DNA of 64,000 nt from Candidatus Latescibacterota bacterium (GTDB lineage: Bacteria > Latescibacterota > UBA2968 > UBA8231), in NCBI GenBank assembly GCA_965248355.1, contig OZ252098.1:5439662-5503661 (forward strand). Direction: 5' to 3'. A program made the translations under genes and the position numbers. Under the pieces are notes generated by a model, which saw nothing but the letters and a program-made list of their open reading frames with translations, was not told the DNA's origin and did not search any database. The stretch's first letter is position 1. Each line of letters begins with the position of its first letter. This document shows positions 10,326-20,322 of the stretch, piece by piece.

Positions 10326-10341
10326 CATGGGGCCGGTCGCT

Positions 10342-10953
10342 TCAGCCCTGTCCGTTGGGCGACGGCAGGGAGCTGCTGGTGAGGATGTCGTCGATGAGGC
10401 CGTACTCCTTGGCCTCCTGGGGGGACATGTAGAAGTCGCGGTCCGTGTCCCGGGCGATCTTCTCCTCCTCCTGCCCCGTGTGCAGGGCGAGGAGGCGGTG
10501 GATCTCCTCCCGGGTGCGGAGCATCTCGCGGGCCTGGATGTCCAGGTCGGTGGCCCGCCCCGTGATCGTGCCCAGGATCAGGGGCTGGTGGATCATGATG
10601 CGGGCGTGGGGCCAGGTGAAGCGGCGGCCCTTCTCGCCGCCGGCCAGCAGCACCGCCCCCATGCTCGCCGCCAGGCCCGTGCACACCGTGGACACGGGGG
10701 CGCGGATCGCCTGCATGGCGTCGTAGATCGCCAGGCCGTCGTGGACCGAGCCGCCCGGACTGTTGATGTAGAGGACGATCTCGGTCTCGCCCTCCTCGGC
10801 GTCGAGGGACAGCAGCCGCGTCACCACCGCCTTGGCCGAGTCGTCGTCCACGGGCGACCACAGGAAGATCTTGCGAGTCTTCAGCAGGGAATGCTCGATG
10901 TTGCGCTCGCTGAACTCCTTGAGCAGTCCCTCGTCTCTCTCCGTCTCTGCCAT
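10342..10953 (-). CDS. clpP: ATP-dependent Clp protease proteolytic subunit
   Basis: YINSPGG, GLAASMG (Ser), IMIHQP (His), DRD (Asp), EAKEYGLID. Confidence 0.95.
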   Translation of the reverse strand: MAETERDEGLLKEFSERNIEHSLLKTRKIFLWSPVDDDSAKAVVTRLLSLDAEEGETEIVLYINSPGGSVHDGLAIYDAMQAIRAPVSTVCTGLAASMGAVLLAGGEKGRRFTWPHARIMIHQPLILGTITGRATDLDIQAREMLRTREEIHRLLALHTGQEEEKIARDTDRDFYMSPQEAKEYGLIDDILTSSSLPSPNGQG

Positions 10954-10996
10954 TCTTGCCTCTCTCCAGGATCTCTTTTCTCTCGGTGGGCCTGCG

Positions 10997-11025
10997 AGTA
11001 TACCCAGGGCTTCGGGCAGCGTCAA
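10997..11025 (-). promoter_or_regulatory. Sigma-70-type promoter for clpP
   Basis: Minus strand reads TTGACG-17 nt-TATACT, about 45 nt upstream of the ATG. Confidence 0.65.
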
Positions 11026-11044
11026 AGGCCGGGCGGGGCGGCGG

Positions 11045-11614
11045 TCAAAGGACGGTCGCGTGCGGTCGAAGCAGCGATACGGTCCGGACCAAGCCGAGAC
11101 CCTCGAGCGCGGCAAGATGATCGCCCGCCGAGCGCGGCGGATTGCGCAGCGCCGTCCGGTGCCCGCGGACGGCGGCGAGTACGGCCACGGGGTCGGCATC
11201 GAACAGACCCGCGACGAAGGTGTCGGGATGCTGCGCCGCCAAGCCGTGAGGTGCCAGTCGGTCAGCCGGGAAGTCCCGCAGGTTTCCGGTCACGATCACG
11301 TCCGCCTGTCCCCGGATGGCCGCGGCCAGCACATGGCGGTCTCCCGGGTCGGGCAGGTCCAACTCGGCGGCAAGAGGTGCATATCCCGTTACGGCCGCCT
11401 CGGGGAAGTGCTCGTCCATCACCCCACGGGTCCGCTCCAGGAGAGCGGCGTCCAGGTCGGGGCGATCCCTGAGAAGGCTTCGCATCCATTCCGCATGGAT
11501 GTCGGCGCTCCAAAGTGGCGCGTACAGATATCGGTCGGCGAGACGCAGAAGGACATCCCGAAGTCCGGCAGGATATAGGACGTCGGCGTCCAGCAACGCC
11601 GTCAGCCGGTCCAT
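11045..11614 (-). CDS. PIN-domain protein (VapC-like toxin)
   Basis: ALLDADVL, WSADIHAEW, LPDPGDRHVLAAA and IVTGNLRDF motifs. Confidence 0.88.
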   Translation of the reverse strand: MDRLTALLDADVLYPAGLRDVLLRLADRYLYAPLWSADIHAEWMRSLLRDRPDLDAALLERTRGVMDEHFPEAAVTGYAPLAAELDLPDPGDRHVLAAAIRGQADVIVTGNLRDFPADRLAPHGLAAQHPDTFVAGLFDADPVAVLAAVRGHRTALRNPPRSAGDHLAALEGLGLVRTVSLLRPHATVL

Positions 11615-11617
11615 CGA

Positions 11618-12055
11618 CTACTGCAAGCCCAGTTCCTGGTCGCGGGCCGTGAGTTCGTCCAGCGCCTTGCGGCGACGGGTCTCCGTCTCGCGCCTGTAGG
11701 CGAGGATATCCTCGGCGCGGACTCGGCGATGCGCGCCCACCTTTCGGCAGGGTATCCGTCCGTTGTCGAGCAGCTGCACCAGGTGCGTCCGCGAGACCTG
11801 CAACAACTCCGCCGCCTGCCGCGTCGTAAGCTCGGCATGCAGCGGCGTCAGGGCGACGCCGTTGCCGTGCGCCATCTGGTTCAGAATCTCCTTGAGCAGC
11901 CGCACCGCAGGCGTGGGGATATCGAGGGTTTCGGCGCCGACGCCGAACCGCGCGGGAACCGGATCCGTCCCTTCGATCAACGATTCCAGTTTCCGGCCCG
12001 CCCTACCCGCGAGCGTTGCATCCCGGTCGCTCGGAATGCCGCATTCCGTGGCCAT
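11618..12055 (-). CDS. Excisionase-family (HTH_17) DNA-binding protein, probable antitoxin
   Basis: ELTTRQAAELLQVSRTHLVQLLDNGRIP..KVGAHRRV; directly upstream of the PIN gene; GGAGA RBS (alternative start 12073). Confidence 0.85.
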   Translation of the reverse strand: MATECGIPSDRDATLAGRAGRKLESLIEGTDPVPARFGVGAETLDIPTPAVRLLKEILNQMAHGNGVALTPLHAELTTRQAAELLQVSRTHLVQLLDNGRIPCRKVGAHRRVRAEDILAYRRETETRRRKALDELTARDQELGLQ

Positions 12056-12157
12056 CGCAATCTCTCCATCCATGACGGCGTCTCTGTCATCCGGCGCCAC
12101 AAGATGGGTTCTAAATGCCGCAAACGCAACAAGCGACGCAAACGCCACCCGTTGCCC

Positions 12158-15100
12158 TCACCCCTCCCGCGTCCCCGCCACCGCGGACCGTCCCACCCTC
12201 CGCAGCAGCTCCCGCAGGTCGTCGAAGAACGTGTAGCACAGGGGCACGATGACGAGGGTGAGCACCATCGAGGCCAGGAGGCCGCCCATCATCGTGCGGC
12301 CCAGCGGCGCGTAGGGCATGCCGATCATGCGGGCGTTGCCCACGGCCATGGGCAGCAGGCCGAAGATGGTGGTGAAGGTGGTCATGAGAATCGGGCGGAA
12401 GCGGTGCCGGCCGGCCTCCATGAGGGCCTCGAAGCGGTCCAGGCCCTCGGCGCGCAGGCGGTTGGCCAGGTCGATGAGGACGATGGCGTTGTTGACGACC
12501 ACGCCCACGAGGATGACGGTGCCGATGCCGCTGAGCATGTCGAAGGGCGTGTTCGTGAGGTACAGGGTCCAGAAGACCCCGAGGAAGGAGAAGGGGATGG
12601 CCACGATCACCGAGAGGGGCAGCACGAAGGACTCGAAGAGCACGCCCATGAGCAGGAAGACGAAGGTCACGGACAGCACGAGGGCGAAGAGGCGGCTCTC
12701 CTCCTGTTGCTGCAGGCGCTGGTAGCGGTCGCCTTGGTCCCAGCGGTAGCCGCGGGGCATCTCGAAGCCGGCCATGGCCGCGTCCACCTCTTCGAAGAGG
12801 GTCCCGGCGCCGGCCTCGGTGGCGGTGGCGGTCACGGCGAGGACGGTCTGCCGGTCCTCGCGCCGGATGCCGCCCAGGCCCGCCGCCACCCGCAGCCGGG
12901 CGAGAGCCTCCAGGGGGATCTCGCTGCCCCCGGGGGCGCGGAAGGTCAGGTTGCGGAGCTGGTGCAGGCTGCGGCGGTCGGCCTCGCGGAGCTGGAAGAA
13001 CACGCTCACCTCGCGTCCGTCGTCGGTGCGCATCTTGGTCAGCTCCCGGCCGCGCAGGGCGTAGGAGATGTTGCCGGAGATCGCCCGCGGGTCGAGGCCG
13101 TAGCGGCGCACCTGGGCGCGGTCGAGGCGCACCTGCAGCTCGGTGCCGCCGCGGTCCACGTCGGTCTGCACCGACAGCAGGCCGGGGATCCCCTCCAGGC
13201 GGCGCTCCACCTCCCTCGACAGTTCCACGAGGTGGTCGGTGTCGCGGCCGTAGAGGTTGACGGAGACCGCCGCGTCGTCGCCCCCGCCGTCGCGCCAGTT
13301 GATGCGCATCTCGAAGCCGGGAGGCATCAGCAGGCGCTTCTTCATGTCCTCCAGGGTCTCCCCGTATTCCATGTGCGGCGCCTGCCGCAGGCCGGCCGAC
13401 TCGAGCAGGTCGTTCCAGGCCACGGCGTACCAGTCGTTGGACTCCTCCTCCTCCAGGATCACGTGGACGCGGCCGGAGCTGTTGCTCGACCAGGTCTCGA
13501 GCAGGCGGATGCCGTAGGTCTCGCGGTGGCTCAGCAGGGTGTCCTCCACGCCGGCGATGAAGCGGTCCGCCGCCTCGATCGTCTGTCCCTCGGGCATCCG
13601 GAAGGCGAGCCAGATGTCCTTCTGGTTGCGGCTGCCGCCGTCGGTGCGCTCCAGGGCCTTCATGGGGATCTGCATGCTGGCCATGGCGGCGAGCACGATC
13701 AGCGTCGTGTCCAGGCGGTGGGTGAGCACCCAGGCCAGCACCCGCCCGTAGGCGGCGCGGCCCCTCGCGATGATGGGCGGGTCGGCGCCGCTGCCCGAGG
13801 TGCCGATGCGCTGCGCCGCCAGGGGGATGATGAGCAGGGCGATGGCCAGCGACGCCAGCAGGCCGACGATGACGGGCCCGCCCAGGCGCAGCATGATGAA
13901 GGCGAACTCCTCATCGCCGCTCATCAGGATCAGGGGCAGGAAGACGACCACCGTGGTCAGGGTGGCCATGGTCACCGCCAGCCCCACCTCGCCGGCGCCG
14001 CGGATCGACGCCTCCCGCGGCCCGGCGCCCTCCTGCCGCCGCCGGTGGATGTTCTCGACGATGACGATGGCGTTGTCCACCACCAGGCCGAGGCTGAGCA
14101 TGAGCCCCATCATGGTGATCAGGTTCAGGCTCCACCCCATGAAGTAGATGGTGGCCACCGTGGCCAGCACCGACAGGGGGATGGCGAGGGTGATGATCAG
14201 GGTCATGCGCACGGCGCGCAGGAAGAACAGGAGCACGAGGGCGGCGAACAGTCCGCCCCACAGGCCGGTGGCCTTGAGGTTGTCCACCGACTCCACGATG
14301 TGCTCCCCCTGGTCCCAGAACACCTCGAAGTCGACGCCCTGCAGGTGGGGGCGCTGCTGCAGCTCCGCCAGCCGGGCGCGCACGCCGCGGGAGATCTCCA
14401 CGAGGTTGCCCCCCGAGGCCTTCATCACCTCGATCCCGAGGGCCGGGCGTCCGTCGATGCGGCTGAACCACTCCTGGGGCGGCGGCTTGAAGGCCACCTC
14501 GGCCACGTCCCCGAGGCGCAGTCCGTGCTCTTCGTCGACCATGAGCCGCCGCACCTCGTCGAGGGACTCGAAGCGCCCCAGGGAGCGCACGTGGAGCCGG
14601 CGCCCCCCTTCCAGCACGCGGCCCCCGGGCAGGGCGAAGTTGTGGGTCGCCAGGCGCCGGCCGACCTCGTACGGCTCGACGCCGTGGCCGCGCAGCCGCC
14701 CCTGGTCCAGCTCGATGCGCACCTGCCGCGCCGCCTCGCCCCGGACCTCGACGGTGCCCACGCCCTCGATGCGCTGCAGGGCGGGGCGCACGTGCACGTC
14801 CAGGACCTGGAAGGCGTCGACGAAGTCGCCCTCCAGGGAGGCGCCGATCCACATGACCGGCCAGTCGTCCTGGCTCCAGCGCAGCACCTGGACCCGCTCG
14901 ATCTCCTCCGGCAGCTCCGGCATGGCCCGGTCGATGCGGTCGCGCAGGTCGGCGTAGGCCTCGTGCATGTCGGTGCCCGGCTGGAACTGCACGTTGGCCC
15001 AGCCGCCCCCCCGGTTGGCGCCGCTGATCACCCGGGCCACGCGCGGCACCGTGGCGATCGCCTCCTCCAGGGGGCGGGTCACCTCGCGCTCCACCTCGGC

Positions 15101-15286
15101 GGGGCTGGCGTCCGCGTACCCGGCCCGCACGTAGAGCCGGTCCCCCTCCAGGCCGCCGGGAACCAGGTCGAGGGGGATGCGGGTGTAGGCCACGGCGCCG
15201 ACCACGAGCAGGGCCGCCAGGGCCATGACCACGGTCACCGGCCGGTCGAGGCTGAGACGGGGCAGCAGGTAGCGGGGCTCGTTCAC
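12158..15286 (-). CDS. RND efflux permease (AcrB/AcrD/AcrF family), subunit 2
   Basis: GLVVDNAIV, GVVVNNAIV, RFRPILMTT; GTG start overlaps the upstream stop. Confidence 0.92.
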   Translation of the reverse strand: MNEPRYLLPRLSLDRPVTVVMALAALLVVGAVAYTRIPLDLVPGGLEGDRLYVRAGYADASPAEVEREVTRPLEEAIATVPRVARVISGANRGGGWANVQFQPGTDMHEAYADLRDRIDRAMPELPEEIERVQVLRWSQDDWPVMWIGASLEGDFVDAFQVLDVHVRPALQRIEGVGTVEVRGEAARQVRIELDQGRLRGHGVEPYEVGRRLATHNFALPGGRVLEGGRRLHVRSLGRFESLDEVRRLMVDEEHGLRLGDVAEVAFKPPPQEWFSRIDGRPALGIEVMKASGGNLVEISRGVRARLAELQQRPHLQGVDFEVFWDQGEHIVESVDNLKATGLWGGLFAALVLLFFLRAVRMTLIITLAIPLSVLATVATIYFMGWSLNLITMMGLMLSLGLVVDNAIVIVENIHRRRQEGAGPREASIRGAGEVGLAVTMATLTTVVVFLPLILMSGDEEFAFIMLRLGGPVIVGLLASLAIALLIIPLAAQRIGTSGSGADPPIIARGRAAYGRVLAWVLTHRLDTTLIVLAAMASMQIPMKALERTDGGSRNQKDIWLAFRMPEGQTIEAADRFIAGVEDTLLSHRETYGIRLLETWSSNSSGRVHVILEEEESNDWYAVAWNDLLESAGLRQAPHMEYGETLEDMKKRLLMPPGFEMRINWRDGGGDDAAVSVNLYGRDTDHLVELSREVERRLEGIPGLLSVQTDVDRGGTELQVRLDRAQVRRYGLDPRAISGNISYALRGRELTKMRTDDGREVSVFFQLREADRRSLHQLRNLTFRAPGGSEIPLEALARLRVAAGLGGIRREDRQTVLAVTATATEAGAGTLFEEVDAAMAGFEMPRGYRWDQGDRYQRLQQQEESRLFALVLSVTFVFLLMGVLFESFVLPLSVIVAIPFSFLGVFWTLYLTNTPFDMLSGIGTVILVGVVVNNAIVLIDLANRLRAEGLDRFEALMEAGRHRFRPILMTTFTTIFGLLPMAVGNARMIGMPYAPLGRTMMGGLLASMVLTLVIVPLCYTFFDDLRELLRRVGRSAVAGTREG

Positions 15287-18200
15287 CCGGGCTCTCCGGA
15301 CCTGTCCCGGCCCGCCGCGAGGGAGTAGACCGCCGGGATCACCACGAGGGTGAGGAAGGTGGAGCTGATCAGCCCGGCGATGACGGTGACCGCCATGGGC
15401 GTGCGGATCTCGGCGCCGTCCCCGAGGCCGAGGGCCATGGGCAGCAGGCCGAGGACGGTGGTGGAGGTGGTCATGAGAATCGGGCGCAGGCGCACGGCCC
15501 CGGCGCGTACGATCGCCTCGCCGGCGGCCAGCCCGGAGCGCCGCAGGCGGTTGATGTAGTCCACCAGGACGATGGCGTTGTTGACGACGATGCCGGCGAG
15601 CATGATGAAGCCGATGAAGACGACGACGCTCAGGGGCGTGTCGAGGAGGTGGAGGGCGATGACGGCGCCGGTCGCCGCCAAGGGCACGGTGAAGAGGATG
15701 ACGAAGGGGTGCACGAGGGACTCGAACTGGCCGGCCATGACGATGTAGACCAGGAAGACGGCCAGTCCGAGGGCGAAGAGCAGGCTCTGCAGGGAGCGCT
15801 CCATCTCGGTGCTCTGACCGCTCACCAGGAAGGTGAATCCCGGCGGGAAGGCCATGGCCCCCAGGGCGGTGCGGATGGCCCCGGCCGCCGAGCCCAGGTC
15901 CAGGCCCTCCACGTTGGCCGTCACCAGGGCGGCCCGCTGCTGGTCGATGCGGCGGATCTCGCTCGGCCCCTCGGCGATGCGGATCCCGGCCACCGAGCCG
16001 AGCCGGATCGGCACCTCGCCCCCGGGGTTGACCACCAGGCGCTCGAGCTCGTCCACGCCGAGGCGGTCCTCCTCGCGCAGCCGCACGAGGACGTCGATGC
16101 TGCGCTCGTCGCGTCTCAACCCCGTGGCCACGCGGCCCTGCACCTTGTGGCGCACCAGCTCGGCCACGGCCCGCAGGTCGAGGCCGTAGCTCGACAGCCG
16201 GTCGCGGTCGTAGAGGATCTGCAGCTCCGGGTGGCCGGTCTGCAGGCTCGAGCGCACGTCGGCCAGGCCGGGCAGGCCCGACAGGGCGCCCACGGTCTCG
16301 GCGCTCAGGCGGCGCAGCCCGCGCAGGTCCTCGCCCCGGATCTCGACCTCCACGGGCGTCCGCAGGCTGAACAGGGAGGGGAAGGAGATCTCGGTCTCCA
16401 CCTCCGGGAGGCGCCGCAGCCGGCCGCGCAGGTCCTCGATGAGGCGGTCCTCGGCGGCCGGGCCCACCTCCGGCGCCAGGTACACGGCCACCCGGGCCAC
16501 GTGCTCTCCCTCCTCCGTCGTGGCCGCGGCCGCGCGGTCCGAGCCGGCGGTGGTGGCGGCGCGCTCCACCCCGGGCCGCGCCAGGGCGATGGCCTCCACC
16601 TCGGCGGCGGCTGCCGCCGTGCGCTGAAGCGGGGTGCCCACCGGCATGGTCAGCTCGACGCGGAACTCCCCCTGGTGGATGGGCGGGATCAGCTCCGTGC
16701 CCAGGGCCGGCAGCAGCTGCGTCCAGCAGGCCCAGAAGGCCAGCGCCGCGGCGCCCAGGACGACGGCCCGCCGGCGCAGGGCGGCGGCGAGCACGCCGGG
16801 GTAGGTCCGCCGCGCCAGCTCCAGGCCGCCCCTCAGCAGGGCGAGCAACGGCGCCGCCGGCGCCGCGGCCAGGGCCGCCAGCACGAGGACCGCCGAGGCC
16901 AGCACCGCCGCCAGCAGGAACACGGTCAGCAGCACGCTGCGGACCAGGCAGAGGACGTCGTGCACCAGGAAGCGCACCAGGAGCCAGGCGGTCAGGGGCG
17001 CGCCGGCCAGGGCCCACACCGCGCCCCTGATCACGGCGCTCCCGGGCCCGCGGGCCCGGACCCATCCCGTCCAGAGGCCCCAGTCCCGGGCCAGGGCCTG
17101 CAGCGCCCCGTTGTCCAGCAGCCCGGGCCAGACCGAGTCGGGGAAGCCGCGCACCGGCGGCGGCCCCGCCGCCCACCCGGCCACGCGCCGGTGGGAGAGC
17201 CGTGCCGGCCGCCGCCTCGCAGCCAGCCACACCAGGGGCCAAAGGACCTGGAACAGGATCAGGCCCGCGCTCTGCAGGACCGCCCACAAGACCGCGGCCA
17301 GGGCCAGGACCACGCGCGCCGCCAGGTCCCGCAGCAGCAACGGCAGGACGAGAGCCGCCTCGCGCAGACGGGCGCCCGCGGCCGGCCCGGGGCCCAGGGC
17401 GCGGCGCATGCTCTCACCGGCGGGCAGCCGCAGGAAGGAGGACTCCGGGGGCAGGCCCGGGAGACCGGCGCTGCGCGAGGCCAGCATGGGGATGAACCAG
17501 AGGGCCACCGCCAGCGAGGCGAGCAGGGAGAACACGACCGTGAGGGCCATGTCGCCGAAGATCTGGCCGGCCACGCCCTCGACGAAGACGATGGGGAAGA
17601 ACACGGCCACCGTGGTCAGGGTGGAGGCGCACACGGCGCTGCTCACGGCGGCGGTGCCTCGCACCGTGGCGGTGACCGGATCGTCGCCCTCCTCGCGGCA
17701 GCGGAAGATGCTCTCCAGAACGACGATGGAGTTGTCCACGAGCATGCCCACCCCGAGGGCGAGCCCGCCGAGGGACATGATGTTGAGGGAGACGTCGAAG
17801 AGGTACATGGGGGCGAAGGTGGCCACCACCGAGACCGGGATGGTGACCGCCACGATGAGGGTGTGGACCACGTTGCGCAGGAAGACGAGGAGCACGAGCC
17901 CGGCGATGGCGCCGCCCAGGAGGACGTTCTTGCGGACCTCGGCGATGGAGCTCTCGATGAAGGCGGACCGGTCCGAGAGCACGTCGAGCCCCACCCCGGC
18001 CGGCAGGCGGTGGGCGACGAAGTCGGTCATGCGCTGCTCGGTGAGGGTGCGCACGGCCGCCGCCTTGCGCCGAGCCTCCGGGTCCTTGCCGGCGCCGGCC
18101 TCGGGGGATTCCGCCGCGGCGCTGTCCCGCGACGCCACCCAGGCCAGCTGCTCTTCGGTGCCGAGCAGGCGGTCCCGCACCGAGCGCGCCACGGCGACGA

Positions 18201-19122
18201 TGTTGGCCCCGGCCTCCTTGTAGATCTCCAGGTCGACGCTCTCGCGGCCGTTGACGCGGGTGAGGATCTCCCGGTCCTTGTGCGAGGCCTCCACCCGGGC
18301 GATGTCCCGCAGGCGGATCTCGGCCCCGCCGTGGCGGGCGACGACCAGGTCCTCGATCTCGGCCACCGACCCCAGCTCGTTCAGGGTGCGCACCAGGTAC
18401 TCCGTGCCGCCCTCCCTCAGACGGCCTCCCGGCAGGTTGACGTCGGCCTCGGCCAGCCGCCGCTCGACGTCGGCCACGTCCAGTCCGAGCAGGGCGATCC
18501 GGCGCTCCCGCAGGGCCACGTGGATCTCCTGCTCCAGGCCGCCCCGGACCTTGACGGCGGCCACCCCCGGGATCGACTCCAGCTCGCGCCGGATCTCCTC
18601 CTCGGCCAGCTCGCGCAGCTGGTAGAGTCCCTGACCGCCGGACAACCCGATCCGCAGGACGGGCTCGAGAGAGGGGTCGTAGCGCAGCAGCAGCGGCTTG
18701 CCGGCCTCCTCCGGGAGCCAGGTGCGGTCCACCTTCTCCCGGATATCGGCCGCCGCCTCGTTCATGTCGGTATCCCACTCGAACTCGAGGACCACGTCCG
18801 ACTGCCCGGCCTTGCTCACCGAGCGGATGGCGACCAGCCGCGGCAGGATCCCCAGCTCGCGCTCCAGGGGCCGGGAGATCAGCCTCTCCACCTCCTCCGG
18901 GGCGCTGCCCGGATACCTGGTGCGCACCGTCAGCGCCGGATGGGCGATGTCCGGCATCAGCTCGAGGGAGAGGCGCTGGTAGGAGACCCAGCCGAAGACG
19001 CAGACGGCCATGACCACCATCAGGATGGCCACGGGACGGCGGGTGGTGATGGCGAAGAGGGAGGCCGGGCCCCCGGCCCCGGAGGCGGCCGGACCGCCGG
19101 CCGGGGGGCTTCCGGTGGTCAT
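15283..19122 (-). CDS. RND efflux permease (AcrB/AcrD/AcrF family), subunit 1, with insertions
   Basis: RRPVAILM, GMLVDNSIV, GIVVNNAIV, RLRPILMTT; 1279 aa. Confidence 0.92.
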   Translation of the reverse strand: MTTGSPPAGGPAASGAGGPASLFAITTRRPVAILMVVMAVCVFGWVSYQRLSLELMPDIAHPALTVRTRYPGSAPEEVERLISRPLERELGILPRLVAIRSVSKAGQSDVVLEFEWDTDMNEAAADIREKVDRTWLPEEAGKPLLLRYDPSLEPVLRIGLSGGQGLYQLRELAEEEIRRELESIPGVAAVKVRGGLEQEIHVALRERRIALLGLDVADVERRLAEADVNLPGGRLREGGTEYLVRTLNELGSVAEIEDLVVARHGGAEIRLRDIARVEASHKDREILTRVNGRESVDLEIYKEAGANIVAVARSVRDRLLGTEEQLAWVASRDSAAAESPEAGAGKDPEARRKAAAVRTLTEQRMTDFVAHRLPAGVGLDVLSDRSAFIESSIAEVRKNVLLGGAIAGLVLLVFLRNVVHTLIVAVTIPVSVVATFAPMYLFDVSLNIMSLGGLALGVGMLVDNSIVVLESIFRCREEGDDPVTATVRGTAAVSSAVCASTLTTVAVFFPIVFVEGVAGQIFGDMALTVVFSLLASLAVALWFIPMLASRSAGLPGLPPESSFLRLPAGESMRRALGPGPAAGARLREAALVLPLLLRDLAARVVLALAAVLWAVLQSAGLILFQVLWPLVWLAARRRPARLSHRRVAGWAAGPPPVRGFPDSVWPGLLDNGALQALARDWGLWTGWVRARGPGSAVIRGAVWALAGAPLTAWLLVRFLVHDVLCLVRSVLLTVFLLAAVLASAVLVLAALAAAPAAPLLALLRGGLELARRTYPGVLAAALRRRAVVLGAAALAFWACWTQLLPALGTELIPPIHQGEFRVELTMPVGTPLQRTAAAAAEVEAIALARPGVERAATTAGSDRAAAATTEEGEHVARVAVYLAPEVGPAAEDRLIEDLRGRLRRLPEVETEISFPSLFSLRTPVEVEIRGEDLRGLRRLSAETVGALSGLPGLADVRSSLQTGHPELQILYDRDRLSSYGLDLRAVAELVRHKVQGRVATGLRRDERSIDVLVRLREEDRLGVDELERLVVNPGGEVPIRLGSVAGIRIAEGPSEIRRIDQQRAALVTANVEGLDLGSAAGAIRTALGAMAFPPGFTFLVSGQSTEMERSLQSLLFALGLAVFLVYIVMAGQFESLVHPFVILFTVPLAATGAVIALHLLDTPLSVVVFIGFIMLAGIVVNNAIVLVDYINRLRRSGLAAGEAIVRAGAVRLRPILMTTSTTVLGLLPMALGLGDGAEIRTPMAVTVIAGLISSTFLTLVVIPAVYSLAAGRDRSGEPG

Positions 19123-20246
19123 CCCGCGGGCGGGGCGGAGCGGTTGACGACCTTGACGCGGGCCAGGTCCCGGAGCCCCTTCTGACCGACGACGATGACG
19201 TCGGCGTCGACCGGCAGCCCCGAGAGGGCCTCGACGAACTCGGCGTTCTCGTAGCCGGCGTCGAGGCGCCGCCGCCGCGCCGTGCCGTCGACGACGACGA
19301 AGACGAAGCGCTCGTCGCCCTCGTAGACGACGGCCTCCTTGGGCACCAGCACCGCCTGCGGGTGGGTGCCGGTGACGACCCGCACGGTGACGAAGAGGCC
19401 GGGCCGCAGGTTCCGCCAGGGGTCCTGCACGCCCACGGTGACCTTGAAGGTGCCGGACCGGGGATCGACGACGGGGCTGATCCGCTTCACGAACGCCGGG
19501 CAGTCCACGTCGTCCAGGAAGTCGCTGGAGACCGTGGCCGCCTGGCCGGTCTGCACCTGCAGCAGGTAGCGCCCGGGCACGTGCACGCGGGCGATCATGT
19601 GGTCGAGCTTGACCAGGTCGAAGAGCTTGGAGGCCGGTCCCACGCGGGCCCCGGTCTGGACCTCGCGGGAGGTGATGACCCCGGAGAAGGGGGCGCGGAT
19701 CTCGGTGTGAGCCAGGGCCAGGCCGGCCCGTTCCCGGCGCAGGCGGGACCGCTCCAGCTCGAACTGCTGGTCCTCGTACTCCTGGGTCGAGATCAGGCCG
19801 CGGCTGAACATCTCCTCGGTGCGGCCGAAGGAGCCCTCGAGCTGGCGCAGGTTCACCTCGCTCTCGCGGTCCTCGAGCCCGGCCTGCTCGGAGTCGAGGC
19901 GGACCAGCAGCTCGCCCGCGGCCACCTGGTCGCCCTCCTCCACGGCGACCTCCTCGACGCGGCCGCTGACCTCGGGGTGGATCTCGACGGCGTCCTCGGT
20001 CTCGATGGTGGAGCTGAAGACCAGGGCGGCGGAGATGTCGCCGCGCACCGTGGTCCGGGTCTGCACCGGCACCGCCCCGGCAGCGGCGGAGTCGGCCCGG
20101 GCGGAGTCGGCGGCCGCCTGCTCCGGGCCGTCCGGGGCCTCGCCGGCGTCCTGGGCGCCGCCGAGGGGGCCGCAGCCGGCCAGGGCCGCGAGGAGGATCG
20201 CCACAAGGGCCCGGGAAAGTTGTCTATGTTGTTGGAAACAATACAT
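19119..20246 (-). CDS. RND periplasmic adaptor (membrane fusion lipoprotein)
   Basis: LAGC lipobox; VEEGDQVAAGELL, IRAPFSGVI, ISPVVDPRSGTF. Start uncertain (20246 or 20279). Confidence 0.88.
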   Translation of the reverse strand: MYCFQQHRQLSRALVAILLAALAGCGPLGGAQDAGEAPDGPEQAAADSARADSAAAGAVPVQTRTTVRGDISAALVFSSTIETEDAVEIHPEVSGRVEEVAVEEGDQVAAGELLVRLDSEQAGLEDRESEVNLRQLEGSFGRTEEMFSRGLISTQEYEDQQFELERSRLRRERAGLALAHTEIRAPFSGVITSREVQTGARVGPASKLFDLVKLDHMIARVHVPGRYLLQVQTGQAATVSSDFLDDVDCPAFVKRISPVVDPRSGTFKVTVGVQDPWRNLRPGLFVTVRVVTGTHPQAVLVPKEAVVYEGDERFVFVVVDGTARRRRLDAGYENAEFVEALSGLPVDADVIVVGQKGLRDLARVKVVNRSAPPAG

Positions 20247-20322
20247 TACGGAACGATTCGCAGGGCGAGTGTGCCGCAAATCGGAGACTCTGTCAAGGCC
20301 ATCCCGCAGGAGGTCGCTCCAA

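Noticed and set aside
11618..12055. Prophage excisionase
   Set aside because: No integrase or phage genes nearby; pairing with a PIN gene indicates a TA antitoxin.
12158..17287. 1709-aa RND ORF as called by the track
   Set aside because: The N-terminal ~670 aa is an alternate frame overlapping permease 1; the real start is GTG 15286.
11729..19185. 1199-aa and 1178-aa plus-strand ORFs
   Set aside because: Antisense shadows of the RND permease genes.
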